Below, piece by piece: positions 1 to 10,941 of a stretch of DNA of 64,000 nt. The translations under genes and the position numbers were made by a program. Position 1 is the stretch's first letter; each line of letters starts with the position of its first letter. Location of the stretch: contig OZ242296.1 in assembly GCA_965207735.1 (NCBI GenBank), positions 896,001-960,000 of the forward strand, written 5' to 3'. The DNA comes from Candidatus Versatilivorator sp. Its GTDB lineage: Bacteria > Acidobacteriota > Terriglobia > Versatilivoradales > Versatilivoraceae. The notes beneath the pieces were generated by a model. It saw only the letters and a list, made by a program, of their open reading frames with translations, had not been told where the DNA came from and ran no database searches.

Positions 1-1
1 C

Positions 2-2374
2 GAGACCTTCAGGGCCACCGACGAGAATCTGGAGTGGGCCCTGGATCTGGAAGCCGACCGGATGATCAATTCGTTCATCGCCAAGAAAGACCTGGACAGC
101 GAAATGACGGTGGTGCGCAACGAGTTTGAGCGCGGGGAGAACAATCCCTTTCGCATCCTGATGCAGCGCACCCTGGCCTCTGCATTTCTCTGGCACAACT
201 ACGGAAAGTCCACCATCGGCGCCCGCTCCGACATCGAGAACGTCTCCATTGACCGATTGAAAGCTTTCTATCGCAAGCACTACCAGCCCGACAATGCCGT
301 CCTGCTGGTGGCCGGAAAGTTCGAGGAGGCGCGCACTCTGGCCTTGATTGCCAAGAAATTCGGGCCCATTCCCCGACCCACCCGACAACTGCAGAAACCC
401 TATACTTCCGAGCCCACCCAGGACGGCGAACGCACGGTAACGCTGCGACGGGTGGGAGACGTGAAGATGCTGATGGCCGCCTACCACATTCCGGCGGGAT
501 CCCACCCCGACTTTGCCGCCCTGGACCTCCTGACCCACATCCTGGCCGATACGCCATCCGGCCGCTTGCACAAGACGCTGGTCGAAACCAAGAAGGCCAG
601 CCGAATCTACGGCTACAACTTTCAACTGCATGATCCGGGAGTTGTCATGATGGGCGCCGAAGTGCGCCAGGAGGATTCGCTGGAGGACACCCGCGCCGCC
701 TTCCTGAAGACCATCGACGAGATCATGAAGGAGCCTCCAACCTCGAAGGAGGTCGAGCGGGCGCGGACGCAGTTGCTCAAGAACATCGACCTGGCTCTCA
801 ACGATGTGAATCGAGTGGGATTAAGCCTGAGCGAATGGGTGGCCATGGGAGACTGGCGCCTCTTTTTCCTCCATCGGGATCGCATTCGAAAGGCAACCCC
901 CGAAGACGTGCACCAGGCGGCGGGCGCTTATCTGAAATCTTCCAACCGAACCCTGGGACTATTCATCCCCACCGAGGATCCGGACAGAGCCGAAGTCCCC
1001 CAACGCCCCGATGTGGCGGCCATGCTCAAGGACTATCGTGGGGACACCGCCGTTGCCGCCGGCGAGGCCTTCGATCCATCGCCCGGCAACATCGAGTCTC
1101 GAGTGCAGCGAATGACCATCGGGTCCAACCTGAAACTGGCGCTGCTCCCCAAGAAAACGCGCGGCAGCACGGTGGTCGCCAACCTAAGGCTTCACTTCGG
1201 CGACGAGAAAAGCCTGATGCACAAGAGCACCATCGCGGGATTGACCGGATCGATGCTCATGCGAGGCACCACCAGCCGGACCAGGCAGGAGATCCAGGAT
1301 GAATTGGACCGCCTCAAGGCGACGGGCCGGGTCTCGGGAGGGGCGACCGGCGCCTCCGCATCCGTGGAGACGATCAAGGAAAATCTTCCCGAAGTCCTGC
1401 GGCTGATCGGGGAGTTACTACGTCAACCTTCCTTCCCGTTGGGCGAGTTCGACACGCTCAAGGAGGAACGACTGGCCTCCATCGAGCAGCAGATGAGCAA
1501 TCCGCAGGCCATCGCCGCAAGCACCTTCTCGCGTCACGGCAACTCCTATCCCAAGGGGCACGTCCACTACTCCCCCACCTTTGACGAGCAAATCGCATCC
1601 ATCAAGACTACGACCCTGGAGGACCTGAAGGGCTTCCACAAGACCTTTTACGGTGCTTCCCATGGCGAAGTGGCCCTGTCGGGAGATTTCGAGCCGGAAG
1701 GCATCGTCGAAGTCCTGAAACAAATCTTTCCCGATTGGAACAGCCCCAGTGGTTACAAGAGGGTTGAAAACCCCTATCAGGAGATTCCCCCGGCCAACCG
1801 CTCGGTAGAAACACCCGACAAGGCCAACGCGGTATTCATCGCAGGACTGCCGCTTGCCGTCAGCGATAGCCACGCAGACTTTCCGGCCCTGGTGCTGGGC
1901 AACTACATGCTGGGCGGCGGATTCCTCAATTCGCGCCTGGCGGTGCGCATTCGCCAGAAAGAGGGGCTCAGCTACGGGGTACGCGCCTATCTGGAAGCAA
2001 GAGCCAAGGACGAGCACGGCTCCTTTACCACCTGGGCCATTGCGGCGCCGCAAAATATCGAGAAAGTGGAATCGGCCTTCCGGGAGGAGGTTGAGCGCGC
2101 CCTCAAGGACGGTTTCACCGCGGAGGAAATCGCGGCAGCCAAGTCGGGCTACCTGCAGTCCCGGCAGGTAAGCCGATCTCAGGACAGCCGCCTGGCGGGC
2201 ACCATGGCCAGCCGCCTATTTGAGGGCCGAACGCTGGCCTGGGATGAGGCATTCGAAAAAAAGATCGAATCCCTCAGCGGAGAACAGATCGTATCCGCCC
2301 TCAGACGCCACCTGGACCCTGCCAAGATGACGATCGTCAAGGCAGGCGACTTTGCCGCGGCCGACAAGCAGTAG
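2..2374 (+). CDS. M16 family zinc protease (PqqL/pitrilysin-like), 5'-truncated by the window edge
   Basis: Frame is open from base 2 (ETFRATDENLEWALDLEADRM...). Two M16/M16_C halves (VVRNEFE, FYRKHYQPDNAVL, SRLAVRIRQKEGLSYG). The HxxEH motif would lie upstream of the window. Confidence 0.9.
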   Translation, partial: ETFRATDENLEWALDLEADRMINSFIAKKDLDSEMTVVRNEFERGENNPFRILMQRTLASAFLWHNYGKSTIGARSDIENVSIDRLKAFYRKHYQPDNAVLLVAGKFEEARTLALIAKKFGPIPRPTRQLQKPYTSEPTQDGERTVTLRRVGDVKMLMAAYHIPAGSHPDFAALDLLTHILADTPSGRLHKTLVETKKASRIYGYNFQLHDPGVVMMGAEVRQEDSLEDTRAAFLKTIDEIMKEPPTSKEVERARTQLLKNIDLALNDVNRVGLSLSEWVAMGDWRLFFLHRDRIRKATPEDVHQAAGAYLKSSNRTLGLFIPTEDPDRAEVPQRPDVAAMLKDYRGDTAVAAGEAFDPSPGNIESRVQRMTIGSNLKLALLPKKTRGSTVVANLRLHFGDEKSLMHKSTIAGLTGSMLMRGTTSRTRQEIQDELDRLKATGRVSGGATGASASVETIKENLPEVLRLIGELLRQPSFPLGEFDTLKEERLASIEQQMSNPQAIAASTFSRHGNSYPKGHVHYSPTFDEQIASIKTTTLEDLKGFHKTFYGASHGEVALSGDFEPEGIVEVLKQIFPDWNSPSGYKRVENPYQEIPPANRSVETPDKANAVFIAGLPLAVSDSHADFPALVLGNYMLGGGFLNSRLAVRIRQKEGLSYGVRAYLEARAKDEHGSFTTWAIAAPQNIEKVESAFREEVERALKDGFTAEEIAAAKSGYLQSRQVSRSQDSRLAGTMASRLFEGRTLAWDEAFEKKIESLSGEQIVSALRRHLDPAKMTIVKAGDFAAADKQ

Positions 2375-2439
2375 GGCTCCTTGTCCAGGCCGGGGGGAGG
2401 CCGTCGGGGGTTTTCGGCGATCATCCGGGAGGTGGCGAC

Positions 2440-2730
2440 ATGCAATGCTGGAAATGCGGTACGACCATTGATCTCGATCCTCGTAGCAGGATCTCGAGAA
2501 ACGACAGTTGCGGCCATTGTCACAGCGACCTGCACGTCTGCAGGAACTGCAGATTCCACGACCCAACGGTCCACAATCAGTGCCGGGAGACCCAGGCCGA
2601 GTGGGTGAGTGACAGGGAGCGGGCCAACTTCTGCGATTACTTTGCACCCTCCCGAACAAGAGCGGGCGCCTCCCCCGGAAACGCCGCTCCGGACGCCAGG
2701 TCGGCCTTTGACAGCCTGTTCAAGAATTGA
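2440..2730 (+). CDS. small Cys-rich (zinc-ribbon-like) hypothetical protein
   Basis: RBS GGAGG before ATG; CWKC, CGHC and CRNC motifs plus further Cys; co-oriented with the protease. Confidence 0.75.
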   Translation: MQCWKCGTTIDLDPRSRISRNDSCGHCHSDLHVCRNCRFHDPTVHNQCRETQAEWVSDRERANFCDYFAPSRTRAGASPGNAAPDARSAFDSLFKN

Positions 2731-2871
2731 CCCGCATATTTGAAACAACGCCCGACGCCGCGGATCGCGAAACCGGTTCAAAGCCAACCATGAGTAGATG
2801 GTTTATCTACTCCCATATGATCCGCACCGCAATGGCAAGGGCCTGGCAAGACTCGTACTGGGCGCCAGACA

Positions 2872-3621
2872 ATGGAATGCCCCACGGCAATGACCGCGGT
2901 TAGTTCAACAGGGCGAAAGAATCGCCGGGCATGCGTATTGATCAGTGGCGGCCTGGACAGTTGCGTTCTGTTGGCCCATCTCGCCGAGCAAGGCTGGGAA
3001 CCGGCTCCTCTCTATGTCCAGGCCGGTCTGGTCTGGGAAAGCGTCGAGTTGCTATGGATCCGGAGGTTTCTGGCCCGCCTCAACCACTCCGGGCTCGAAC
3101 CCCTCAAGCAGGTCAGCCTTCCGGTCGAGGACACCTACCAGTCCCACTGGAGCACCACAGGCCAAGCTGTTCCGGGAGTTCATTCCGAGGACAGCGCTGT
3201 CTATCTTCCTGGTCGAAACCTCCTTCTCCTATCCAAGGCCGCAGTCTATTGCGCCCTTAACCGGATCGGCGTCATCGCTTTGGGGCTGTTGAAGGGAAAC
3301 CCCTTCCCCGACGCCACCCCGACCTTTCTTCGCGGCTTCGAGCATGTGGCCGCCGGCGCTCTTTCCCATCCATTGGAGATCGTGACCCCGTTCAGCAAAC
3401 TCTCGAAGGCAGAGGTGATCGATCTGGGCAAACAGCTTCCCCTGGAGTTGACCTTCTCCTGCATCCGTCCCGTCGGGGAAATACACTGCGGCGGCTGCAA
3501 CAAGTGCGCCGAGCGACGGCGCTCCTTCGCCAAGGCGGGGGTAAAGGACCGAACCGACTACCACCGGCTGCCCGGATTGGAACTCCAACCGGCCTCCTCC
3601 GTGGCCAATCATGCGGAATGA
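2872..3621 (+). CDS. queC: 7-cyano-7-deazaguanine synthase
   Basis: SGGLDS PP-loop, YLPGRN, and C-terminal TFSC-x8-CGGCNKC zinc site. Confidence 0.85.
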   Translation: MECPTAMTAVSSTGRKNRRACVLISGGLDSCVLLAHLAEQGWEPAPLYVQAGLVWESVELLWIRRFLARLNHSGLEPLKQVSLPVEDTYQSHWSTTGQAVPGVHSEDSAVYLPGRNLLLLSKAAVYCALNRIGVIALGLLKGNPFPDATPTFLRGFEHVAAGALSHPLEIVTPFSKLSKAEVIDLGKQLPLELTFSCIRPVGEIHCGGCNKCAERRRSFAKAGVKDRTDYHRLPGLELQPASSVANHAE

Positions 3622-3636
3622 AACCGACCCATTCGC

Positions 3637-5052
3637 TCAGGTGCCCTTGCCCAGCAACACGATGGGAATGGTTTTCAAGGCGATCTTGACGTCCAGCAGC
3701 AAGGACCAGTTGTCGATATACTGCAGGTCCAACTTCATCCACTCCTCGAAATCGATCTCGTTCCTGCCGCGAACCTGCCACAAGCAGGTGAGCCCCGGCT
3801 TCATCCGAAGCCTTCGACGCTGCCAGCGCTGGTAGTTTTCCACCTCTCTCGGAAGCGGTGGCCGCGGCCCCACGAAGGACATGTCTCCCTTCAGGATGTT
3901 GATGATCTGGGGCAGCTCATCCAGGCTGAACTTACGCAGCCATCGACCCACCGTAGTGCAGCGGGGATCGTTGCCGATCTTGAAGACCGGACCCGACATT
4001 TCGTTGAGATGTTGAAGTCCGCTTTGAGCCGCTTCGGCGTTTTCGACCATGGATCGGAACTTGTAGAAGACGAACTCTCTTCCACCCAGCCCACACCGAA
4101 CCTGTTTGAAGATAACCGGCCCCTTGGAGGTGGTCTTGATCAGCAGCGCGATCAAGCCGAACAGCGGTGCGGTCAGCATCAACAGAGCACAGGCCAGCCC
4201 CAGGTCGATGCCGTTCTTGACCAGAAGCAAGTAGTCGTTTTGGGGCGTGGTTGTGAAAGTCAGCAGCGGCAGATCCTGCAGGGCTTCCAGGTACACCTTG
4301 GAGGTCACGTGGGGGAAGAAGCTGAGCATGACTCGGGTCTTGACGCCTTCTTCCTCGCACAGGAGAAAGATCTCCTCCAGCCCTGCCAGGGCATCCTTGG
4401 ACACCACGAAAATGACTTCATCGACGGTGTGCCTCTTGATGGCTTCACCGAATTGGGAGAGTGGAATGCTGGGATAACTGCCCAGCCGAGAATCGGGCAA
4501 AGCATCGGTCGATTCCGGCACGATGCCGACCAGGTGATAGCCCCAGGTCTCAGCCTCCTCGAGCACGGCTGCGACCCGAGCTGCGCGGTCACCGCTGCCG
4601 ACGATCAGAAGATTACGGTCACCCGCCACCAGCCGGCCGAACCGGCTGATCCCCCTGGCGGCATAAATTCGGAAGGCCAGCAGGAAAAGGAAGTTGACCA
4701 GGACGAAGATCAGGATGAAGGGCCGGCTGATGAAATGGTACTTCAGCACGAAGATGGCGGCGCTGATGAGGACGCCGCCCACAAAGACCAGCAGAGCCGT
4801 TTCCTTGACCACCCCTAGACGATCCTCGCCCGAAGCGGCCTGCTGGTTGCGGAGCAGCAGGGACAACCCGTTCCACAGCAGAACCACCACCAACAGCAGG
4901 CCCAGGTAGTCGCGAAAGGGAAACAGTTCGCCGAAATAGGCCAGGGGCAGGGAGTCTCGAATCCCATAGGCCAGCAGAAATGAGACCACTGTGACTGCCG
5001 TCTCCACCAGGGCGTAAACCAGCCGGGCGATGCGATACTTCCGCTGCATCAT
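3637..5052 (-). CDS. polyprenyl-phosphate sugar-1-phosphate transferase (WcaJ/WbaP-like)
   Basis: N-terminal TMs, CoA-binding-like region, and bacterial sugar transferase domain (FYKFRSM, SLDELPQ, GDMSFVGPRP, KPGLTCLWQV). Confidence 0.92.
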   Translation of the reverse strand: MMQRKYRIARLVYALVETAVTVVSFLLAYGIRDSLPLAYFGELFPFRDYLGLLLVVVLLWNGLSLLLRNQQAASGEDRLGVVKETALLVFVGGVLISAAIFVLKYHFISRPFILIFVLVNFLFLLAFRIYAARGISRFGRLVAGDRNLLIVGSGDRAARVAAVLEEAETWGYHLVGIVPESTDALPDSRLGSYPSIPLSQFGEAIKRHTVDEVIFVVSKDALAGLEEIFLLCEEEGVKTRVMLSFFPHVTSKVYLEALQDLPLLTFTTTPQNDYLLLVKNGIDLGLACALLMLTAPLFGLIALLIKTTSKGPVIFKQVRCGLGGREFVFYKFRSMVENAEAAQSGLQHLNEMSGPVFKIGNDPRCTTVGRWLRKFSLDELPQIINILKGDMSFVGPRPPLPREVENYQRWQRRRLRMKPGLTCLWQVRGRNEIDFEEWMKLDLQYIDNWSLLLDVKIALKTIPIVLLGKGT

Positions 5053-5090
5053 GAGTCATCGCCTCCGAACGTCCTGGCGAGGAGTGCAGT

Positions 5091-6128
5091 TCAACGCACG
5101 ACGATTGCCGGGTGGCCGGATCCGGCCACCCGCCCGATCACGGCTGCTCTCGGGTAGTTTTGTCGCAGTTGGGCCAACAGCGGCTCCACTCTTTGCCGGG
5201 GAACCGACATCAGCATGCCGCCTGCCGTCTGGGGATCGAAAAGCAGGCTTATGAGATCGGAGTCCACCCCCTCCCGGAAGGCAACCCCCGAACCCACAAA
5301 TTCCCGGTTGGATTTGTCGCCGCTGGTCAGCATCTTTTGCCCTGCCAGTTCCATTGCCCCGTCCAGCAGCGGAACGCTTGCCGAATCGATCTCAAGGCTC
5401 GCCCGGCTGGACTGCGCCATCTCCCAAAGATGCCCCAGCAACCCGAAGCCGGTGATATCGGTCGCGCAACGGACGTGAAAGTCGCCCATCGCTCGCGCTG
5501 CCGCCTCTCCCGGCATCAACATGGTTTCCACCGCGGCCGCGGCAACCGAAGACTCTGCGGTTTGAAATTTTATCCCGGTTGAGATTACGCCGGTGCCAAT
5601 GGGCTTTGTCAAAACCAGGAGTTCGCCGGGGCCGGCGGCCGCGTTGGTAGCCACCTGGTCCGGATGGATGATGCCGGTCACGGCGTAGCCGAACATGATC
5701 TGTCGGTTGTCCACGCTGTGGCCACCCAGCAGAGTCACTTTGTGTTGGGACAGGACCTCCAGTCCTCCCCGCATCACCTCCGACAAGATGGCCCAGTCCA
5801 CGCCCTTCTTGGGAAAACAGGTTACCGAAAGAGCGGTGACCGGTGTCCCGGCCATGGCCCAGACGTCGCTGAGAGAGTTCAGGGCGGCAATACGCCCGAA
5901 GTCGAAGGGATCGTCGACGATCGGGGTAAAGAAATCCAGCGTCTGCACCAGGGCCAGATCGTCCTGGAGACGAAATACTCCGGCGTCATCGGCGGTGTCG
6001 AAGCCCACCAGGAGATTGGGATTACGGGGTTGTCGGGGTAGCCCACTCAACACTTGAATGAGCGCCTGTGGGGCGAGCTTGGAGGCTCAACCCGCACAGG
6101 AGACCATTTCTGTGAGTCGCTTGCGCAT
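5091..6128 (-). CDS. selD: selenide, water dikinase (selenophosphate synthetase), selenocysteine-containing form
   Basis: ATG at 6128 reads [16 protein letters not shown](6087-6089)-ASKLAPQAL, in frame with the listed ORF 5091-6053 ([33 protein letters not shown]). Confidence 0.93.
6041..6063 (-). promoter_or_regulatory. putative bacterial SECIS hairpin of selD
   Basis: mRNA GCUCAUUCAA-GUG-UUGAGUGGGC folds into a 10-bp stem with 2 G-U pairs and a G-U-containing loop starting 33 nt after the UGA. Confidence 0.65.
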
Positions 6129-6215
6129 TTGCGTCTCCGGTTCCGGTGAAAACATCAAAGCCGTCCTATTATGCCACGCATCGGCCCTGCGTTTGCGCGC
6201 ACGGGGAAAAGAGCT

Positions 6216-6843
6216 ATCCACGAAGGGCCACTAAGAACAACCAAGGGCCACGAAGGGGATGGAGAAAACTCAAGAGGGCTCCGCCCAAGCTCGGGAAGGC
6301 GTTTTGCGCGGGCGGAGCGTCCGCGCTCCCAGAGTCACTCCGCCCTTGAGGAAGAGTCGCAGAAGCCGTTTCCGGAACGACGCTACACACGCGCCCTTGA
6401 TCTCCACTCACGGGACGCCGAGTTTGCCCCCCTCCGGCTCGACTGCGGGCTCCGCCTTTTGGTAGTCACTCACGGGACGCCGAGCTTGCCCCCCTCCGGC
6501 TCGACAGCGGGCTCCGCCCTCTCGCCGACTCCCCCTCAAGGGGGGAGTGATACTTGAAGCCTGTAGAGGGCTTATTGCCTGATTGCTGGGCAGGATGTAA
6601 ACCATGTTCCCGGTCTACCGCATAAACTCCGTTCCCTCTTCATAGCACGGATATCACTCCCCCCTTGAGGGGGAGTCGCAGAAGTCGAGCCGAATGGCGA
6701 AGGCTGATGCGCAGGGGGGTTCGCACAAGGCGAGCCAAAGGCGAGATCTTGTGCGCCGTAGCGGTAACCGCCGGCGTGCGTCGGTTGCGGTGGGCGAGTC
6801 GCAGAAGCCGAGCCGAATGGCGAAGGCTGATGCGCAGGGGGGT
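6216..6843. repeat. mosaic of REP/MITE-like intergenic repeats
   Basis: ~52-bp direct repeat (6405-6456, 6467-6518); inverted 26-bp pair GACTCCCCCTCAAGGGGGGAGTGATA (6527-6552, 6652-6677) with a degenerate copy near 6336; ~48-bp direct repeat (6673-6720, 6796-6843); CCACGAAGGG units at 6216-6258. Confidence 0.85.
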
Positions 6844-6932
6844 GTACGCCAAGCTGTCGAACCCGGTTGTGGGTCGGGCTATTCAGGAAGGGAGCAGGAT
6901 TGTTCCCCGGGAGGGGTCAGTAAGGAAAAATT

Positions 6933-8033
6933 CTAGTTGTCGATGGCTTGGGCGTCCAGCCGGTCCAGGATTAATCGGCCCATCTCTCGGGTGCCCACCG
7001 AGCGGCCGCCGGCTGCCATCAGGTCGGCGGTTCGGTATCCCTCGTCCAGCACCGAGGCGATAGCCTTTTCGATGGCAGTGGCTTCCCGCTCCAAACCGAA
7101 GGAATACTTGAACATCATGGCTGTGGAGGCAATCATGGCGATGGGATTGGCCAGGTCCTTGCCGGCAATGTCGGGAGCCGTGCCGTGGACGGGTTCGTAG
7201 AGTCCGCTGCGGCCGCCCAGACTGGCCGAAGGCAACATTCCGATGGAGCCGGTCAGCATGGAGGCTTCATCGCTCAGGATGTCCCCGAACATGTTGGTGG
7301 TGACGATGACATCGAACTGTCCGGGGTCGGCAATCAACTGCATGGCGCAGTTATCGACCAGCATGTGGCTGAGTGAAACGTCGGAGAAGCTCCTGCCCAC
7401 CTCCGCAACCACCCGCCGCCACAGCTGCGACGATTCCAGGACGTTGGCCTTGTCGACGGAAGTCACCCGCCCATTTCTCTTTCGGGCCGCCTCGAATGCA
7501 ACCCTGGCGATCCGCTCGATCTCGGAAGTCCGATAGATCAGGGTATTGATTCCCACCTCCTGACCATTGCTCTTGGAGATGCCGCGGGGCTGACCGAAAT
7601 AGATGCCGCCGGTCAGTTCTCGCACGATCAAGAGATCGACCCCCTTGACAATCTCGGGTTTCAGGCTGGAGGCCCCTGCCAGCGTGGGGTAGACATGGGC
7701 CGGCCTGAGGTTGGCAAAGAGGCCCAAGCCGGCGCGTAGTCCCAGAATTCCCTTTTCCGGCTTGAGCTCGGGAGGGTTGTCATCCCACTGGGGACCTCCC
7801 ACGGCTCCCAGAAGGACGGCATGGCTCTGCTTGCAAAGGTCCAGGGTGGATTCGGGCAAAGGGACGCCGGTGGCATCCAGGGCGCCGCCCCCGGCCAGGG
7901 CTTCTTCCGTCCGGATGCGATGGCCGTACCCGGCCGCGATCTTGTCGATCACCCGCAAGGCCTGAGCCATGACCTCTTTCCCGATTCCGTCACCCGGGAT
8001 CACCGCGACCCGCTTCTCACCCTTCGATTCCAT
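6933..8033 (-). CDS. leuB: 3-isopropylmalate dehydrogenase
   Basis: [57 protein letters not shown]. Confidence 0.97.
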   Translation of the reverse strand: MESKGEKRVAVIPGDGIGKEVMAQALRVIDKIAAGYGHRIRTEEALAGGGALDATGVPLPESTLDLCKQSHAVLLGAVGGPQWDDNPPELKPEKGILGLRAGLGLFANLRPAHVYPTLAGASSLKPEIVKGVDLLIVRELTGGIYFGQPRGISKSNGQEVGINTLIYRTSEIERIARVAFEAARKRNGRVTSVDKANVLESSQLWRRVVAEVGRSFSDVSLSHMLVDNCAMQLIADPGQFDVIVTTNMFGDILSDEASMLTGSIGMLPSASLGGRSGLYEPVHGTAPDIAGKDLANPIAMIASTAMMFKYSFGLEREATAIEKAIASVLDEGYRTADLMAAGGRSVGTREMGRLILDRLDAQAIDN

Positions 8034-8066
8034 GGATTGTCCTTGCTGGCAGCCCTTCGAAAAGTC

Positions 8067-9629
8067 TCAGGCCTGGGGGACTGGAAGTGTTGGCTTGGCC
8101 TCCCGCCGGGCAGCTGCCGACTCCCTGGCGTGGATGGTCTTGTTGACGGCGTTGAGATAGGCGCGCGCGCTGGCGTCCACCAGGTCGGAGCTGGCTGCCT
8201 TGCCGCTGAAGGTCTTGCCCTCGAAATCCACGTGAATGAACACTTCTCCCACGGCATCCTTACCTTTGCTCACGGACCGTACCGAATAGTCCAGCAGGCG
8301 TCCGGGTACGCCGGTGATTCGATCGATGGTCCTGTAGATAGCCTCGATGGGCCCGTCGCCCAATGCCGTGTCAACGAAGAACTCGCCGTCTCTGCTCAAT
8401 CTGACGGTTGCCGAAGCCAGCACCTGATTGCCACCCGTGGCGTGGACATACTTCAGGTGGTAGCGCTCGGGAATCATTCGAATGCCATCGTGAATGATGG
8501 CCAACAAATCCTCGTCATAGATGTTCTTCTTCTTGTCCGCCAGCTTGGTAAACAGCATGTAGGCTCGGTCCAACTCCTTCTTGTCCAAAGGATAGCCGAG
8601 GTCCAGGTAGCGCTTGGATAACGCATGCCGTCCCGAGTGCTTTCCAAGCACCAAGTCGCTGGTCGGAACCCCGACGGACTGAGGAGTCATGATCTCGTAT
8701 GTCAAGGCCTGCTTGAGTACTCCATCCTGATGGATTCCCGCCTCGTGGGCGAAGGCATTCTTGCCCACCACCGCCTTGTTGGCCTGGACCATCATTCCCG
8801 TCAGGTTGGAGAGCAGGTGGCTGGTCTTGTATATCTCCTCCGCCTGAATTCCGGTGCAGAAACCGAGGTGCTCCCGGCGTACTCGAAGGGCCATCACGAT
8901 CTCCTCCAGGGAGGCGTTGCCGGCCCTTTCGCCAATTCCGTTGACGGTGCATTCCACCTGGCGGGCTCCGGCTCGAATGGCGGCCAGAGAGTTGGCCACG
9001 GCCAAACCCAGGTCGTTGTGGCAATGGCAGCTCAGGCGCGCCCTGCCGATATTGGGGACCTTTTCCCGCAAAACAGCGAAGATGCGCCCGAATTCCTCCG
9101 GAACGCAATACCCCACCGTATCGGGGATGTTGATGATGGTCGCCCCCTCGGCGATTGCCGCCTCCACAACCTGGCAGAGATAGTCCAGGTCGCTGCGCCC
9201 GGCGTCCTCGGCGGAGAACTCCACCTCGTCGCACAGAGACCTGGCCAACCGGACCGCCTTCACCGTGTTTTCCAGAACTTGATCGCGGGAACGTTTGAGC
9301 TTGAACTTCAGATGGATATCGGAGGTAGCGATGAAGGTGTGGATTCGCGGCTTGGCGGCAATGTCCAGAGCCTCCCAACACCGACGGATGTCTTTTTCCA
9401 TGGCCCTGGCCAGCCCGGCCACCGTCACCGAACGGATCTCCCTGGCGACCTGGCGCACCGATTCAAAATCGCCGTCAGAGGCGATGGGAAAGCCGGCTTC
9501 CATGACATCCACCCGGAGGGATTCCAACTGATGGGCCAGCTTCAGCTTCTCCTCCAGGTTCATGCTGCAACCGGGAGACTGTTCCCCGTCCCTCAAGGTC
9601 GTGTCGAAGATATGAATGGTGTCTTCCAT
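8067..9629 (-). CDS. leuA: 2-isopropylmalate synthase
   Basis: [37 protein letters not shown] and a C-terminal regulatory domain. Start placed at MEDTIHIFD. Confidence 0.96.
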   Translation of the reverse strand: MEDTIHIFDTTLRDGEQSPGCSMNLEEKLKLAHQLESLRVDVMEAGFPIASDGDFESVRQVAREIRSVTVAGLARAMEKDIRRCWEALDIAAKPRIHTFIATSDIHLKFKLKRSRDQVLENTVKAVRLARSLCDEVEFSAEDAGRSDLDYLCQVVEAAIAEGATIINIPDTVGYCVPEEFGRIFAVLREKVPNIGRARLSCHCHNDLGLAVANSLAAIRAGARQVECTVNGIGERAGNASLEEIVMALRVRREHLGFCTGIQAEEIYKTSHLLSNLTGMMVQANKAVVGKNAFAHEAGIHQDGVLKQALTYEIMTPQSVGVPTSDLVLGKHSGRHALSKRYLDLGYPLDKKELDRAYMLFTKLADKKKNIYDEDLLAIIHDGIRMIPERYHLKYVHATGGNQVLASATVRLSRDGEFFVDTALGDGPIEAIYRTIDRITGVPGRLLDYSVRSVSKGKDAVGEVFIHVDFEGKTFSGKAASSDLVDASARAYLNAVNKTIHARESAAARREAKPTLPVPQA

Positions 9630-9703
9630 CGATTTCCCCCTGGTCCTGCTCACCTGCGGAAGCCCCAAGCCGCGAGCTCCGCTCAAAGGGTTCAGGCCGT
9701 AAC

Positions 9704-10933
9704 CTAAACGGACCCGTTACCACATAGTTTGAGCTCAGCCGCCAGAACATTCAAGAAAAAGGACACGTCGGTCACAATTCCGATGGCCTGCTTGCTTCCC
9801 CGATTGCCCAGCTTCAGCGGCGTGGCCTCGTTGATATCCACGCATACGGTCTTGACGCTGCTCTTCAAAACGTTGCCTACGGCGATGCTGTGCAAGGTCG
9901 AGGCCAGCATCAGCACCACCGCTACGCCCTCCAGGGCATCGATGTACTGGCGTTGCGCCACCACGCAATCCGTAACCACGTCCACCAGGGGGCCGTCGTC
10001 GCGAATGGACCCGGCCAGGACCGTGCGAATGCCCAGCTTAACGCACTCGTACATCAGGCCCGAGGTCAGAACTCCCTGCTCAACCGCACTCTGGATGCCG
10101 CCTGCCCGATTGATCTCGTTGATGGCCCAGATGTGGTTGCGGTGCCCGCCGTCCACGGCCTTACCGCTCTCCTGGTGAATTCCCAGCGAGGTGTTCAAAA
10201 AGGCTTTTTCGATATCGTGAGCGGCAAAGGCGTTGCCGGTCAGCACCACGTCCACGTAGCCCATCCGGATCACTTCCTTCAAGTAGCCGTCCGCGCCCGA
10301 ATGGATCACCGCCGGACCCGGAACAATGGCGATCCGGTCTCCCGCTTTCTTGGCCGCGTCGATCTCCTTGGCAATCTGGGCGATCAGAATTCCCTTGTTG
10401 ATTTCGGCGCTGGCGTCGTTGGACATGAAATCGAACACCGAGTACTCACGGCTTCGCTCCTGCGGCTTGACTCGAATCCCCTGGCGTCCGGTGACGATGC
10501 GGTCTCCCGCCTTCACCCCACTGATCTTCTTGGTAATGGCCTCCTCGCCCGTCCAGACGATGACGGCATCCATCTTCTGGTTGACGACCGGCTGCCATTC
10601 TCCCCGGATCTTGATGAAGGTGTCGAAATTGGTGGTGGAATAGAATTCGCGGGGCAGGATGCCGTCCTGGTCGGCCGGGATCAGTCGGCAATCCTCGCGG
10701 TCGATGATGGCGCCGAAATTCTCCAGGGCAGCCAGGATGTCCTGCAGCTGCGGTTGACTCCCGGCCTTGACCATGAGCCAGGCGCGAGAAGGCTCGTGGT
10801 TGTTCTTTCCGATCTCGAACCGCAGGACCTCGAACTGACCCTCCATTTCGACGATCTTGTCGAAGGCGTACTTGAGTATCCCCGAATCGATCAGGTGGCC
10901 TTCAATCTCGATTTCTTCCTGGAACTGAACCAT
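9704..10933 (-). CDS. TIGR00300 family protein (LOR/SDH-like; homologous to the AgrE/ArgZ C-terminal ornithine cyclodeaminase region)
   Basis: [56 protein letters not shown]. Confidence 0.88.
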   Translation of the reverse strand: MVQFQEEIEIEGHLIDSGILKYAFDKIVEMEGQFEVLRFEIGKNNHEPSRAWLMVKAGSQPQLQDILAALENFGAIIDREDCRLIPADQDGILPREFYSTTNFDTFIKIRGEWQPVVNQKMDAVIVWTGEEAITKKISGVKAGDRIVTGRQGIRVKPQERSREYSVFDFMSNDASAEINKGILIAQIAKEIDAAKKAGDRIAIVPGPAVIHSGADGYLKEVIRMGYVDVVLTGNAFAAHDIEKAFLNTSLGIHQESGKAVDGGHRNHIWAINEINRAGGIQSAVEQGVLTSGLMYECVKLGIRTVLAGSIRDDGPLVDVVTDCVVAQRQYIDALEGVAVVLMLASTLHSIAVGNVLKSSVKTVCVDINEATPLKLGNRGSKQAIGIVTDVSFFLNVLAAELKLCGNGSV

Positions 10934-10941
10934 GAGCCGCC

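Noticed and set aside
2872-3621. QueC as part of a defence system (Qat or Dpd)
   Set aside because: It has canonical QueC length and motifs, with no ATPase, TatD or dpd neighbours.
3637-6128. selD next to a sugar transferase as a selenosugar/selenoneine (sen) cluster
   Set aside because: The neighbour is a WcaJ-type polyprenyl phosphoglycosyl transferase, not SenB, and no SenA/EgtB-like gene is present.
6405-6843. Possible CRISPR array
   Set aside because: Each repeat occurs only 2-3 times with irregular spacing and mixed orientation, and there are no cas genes.
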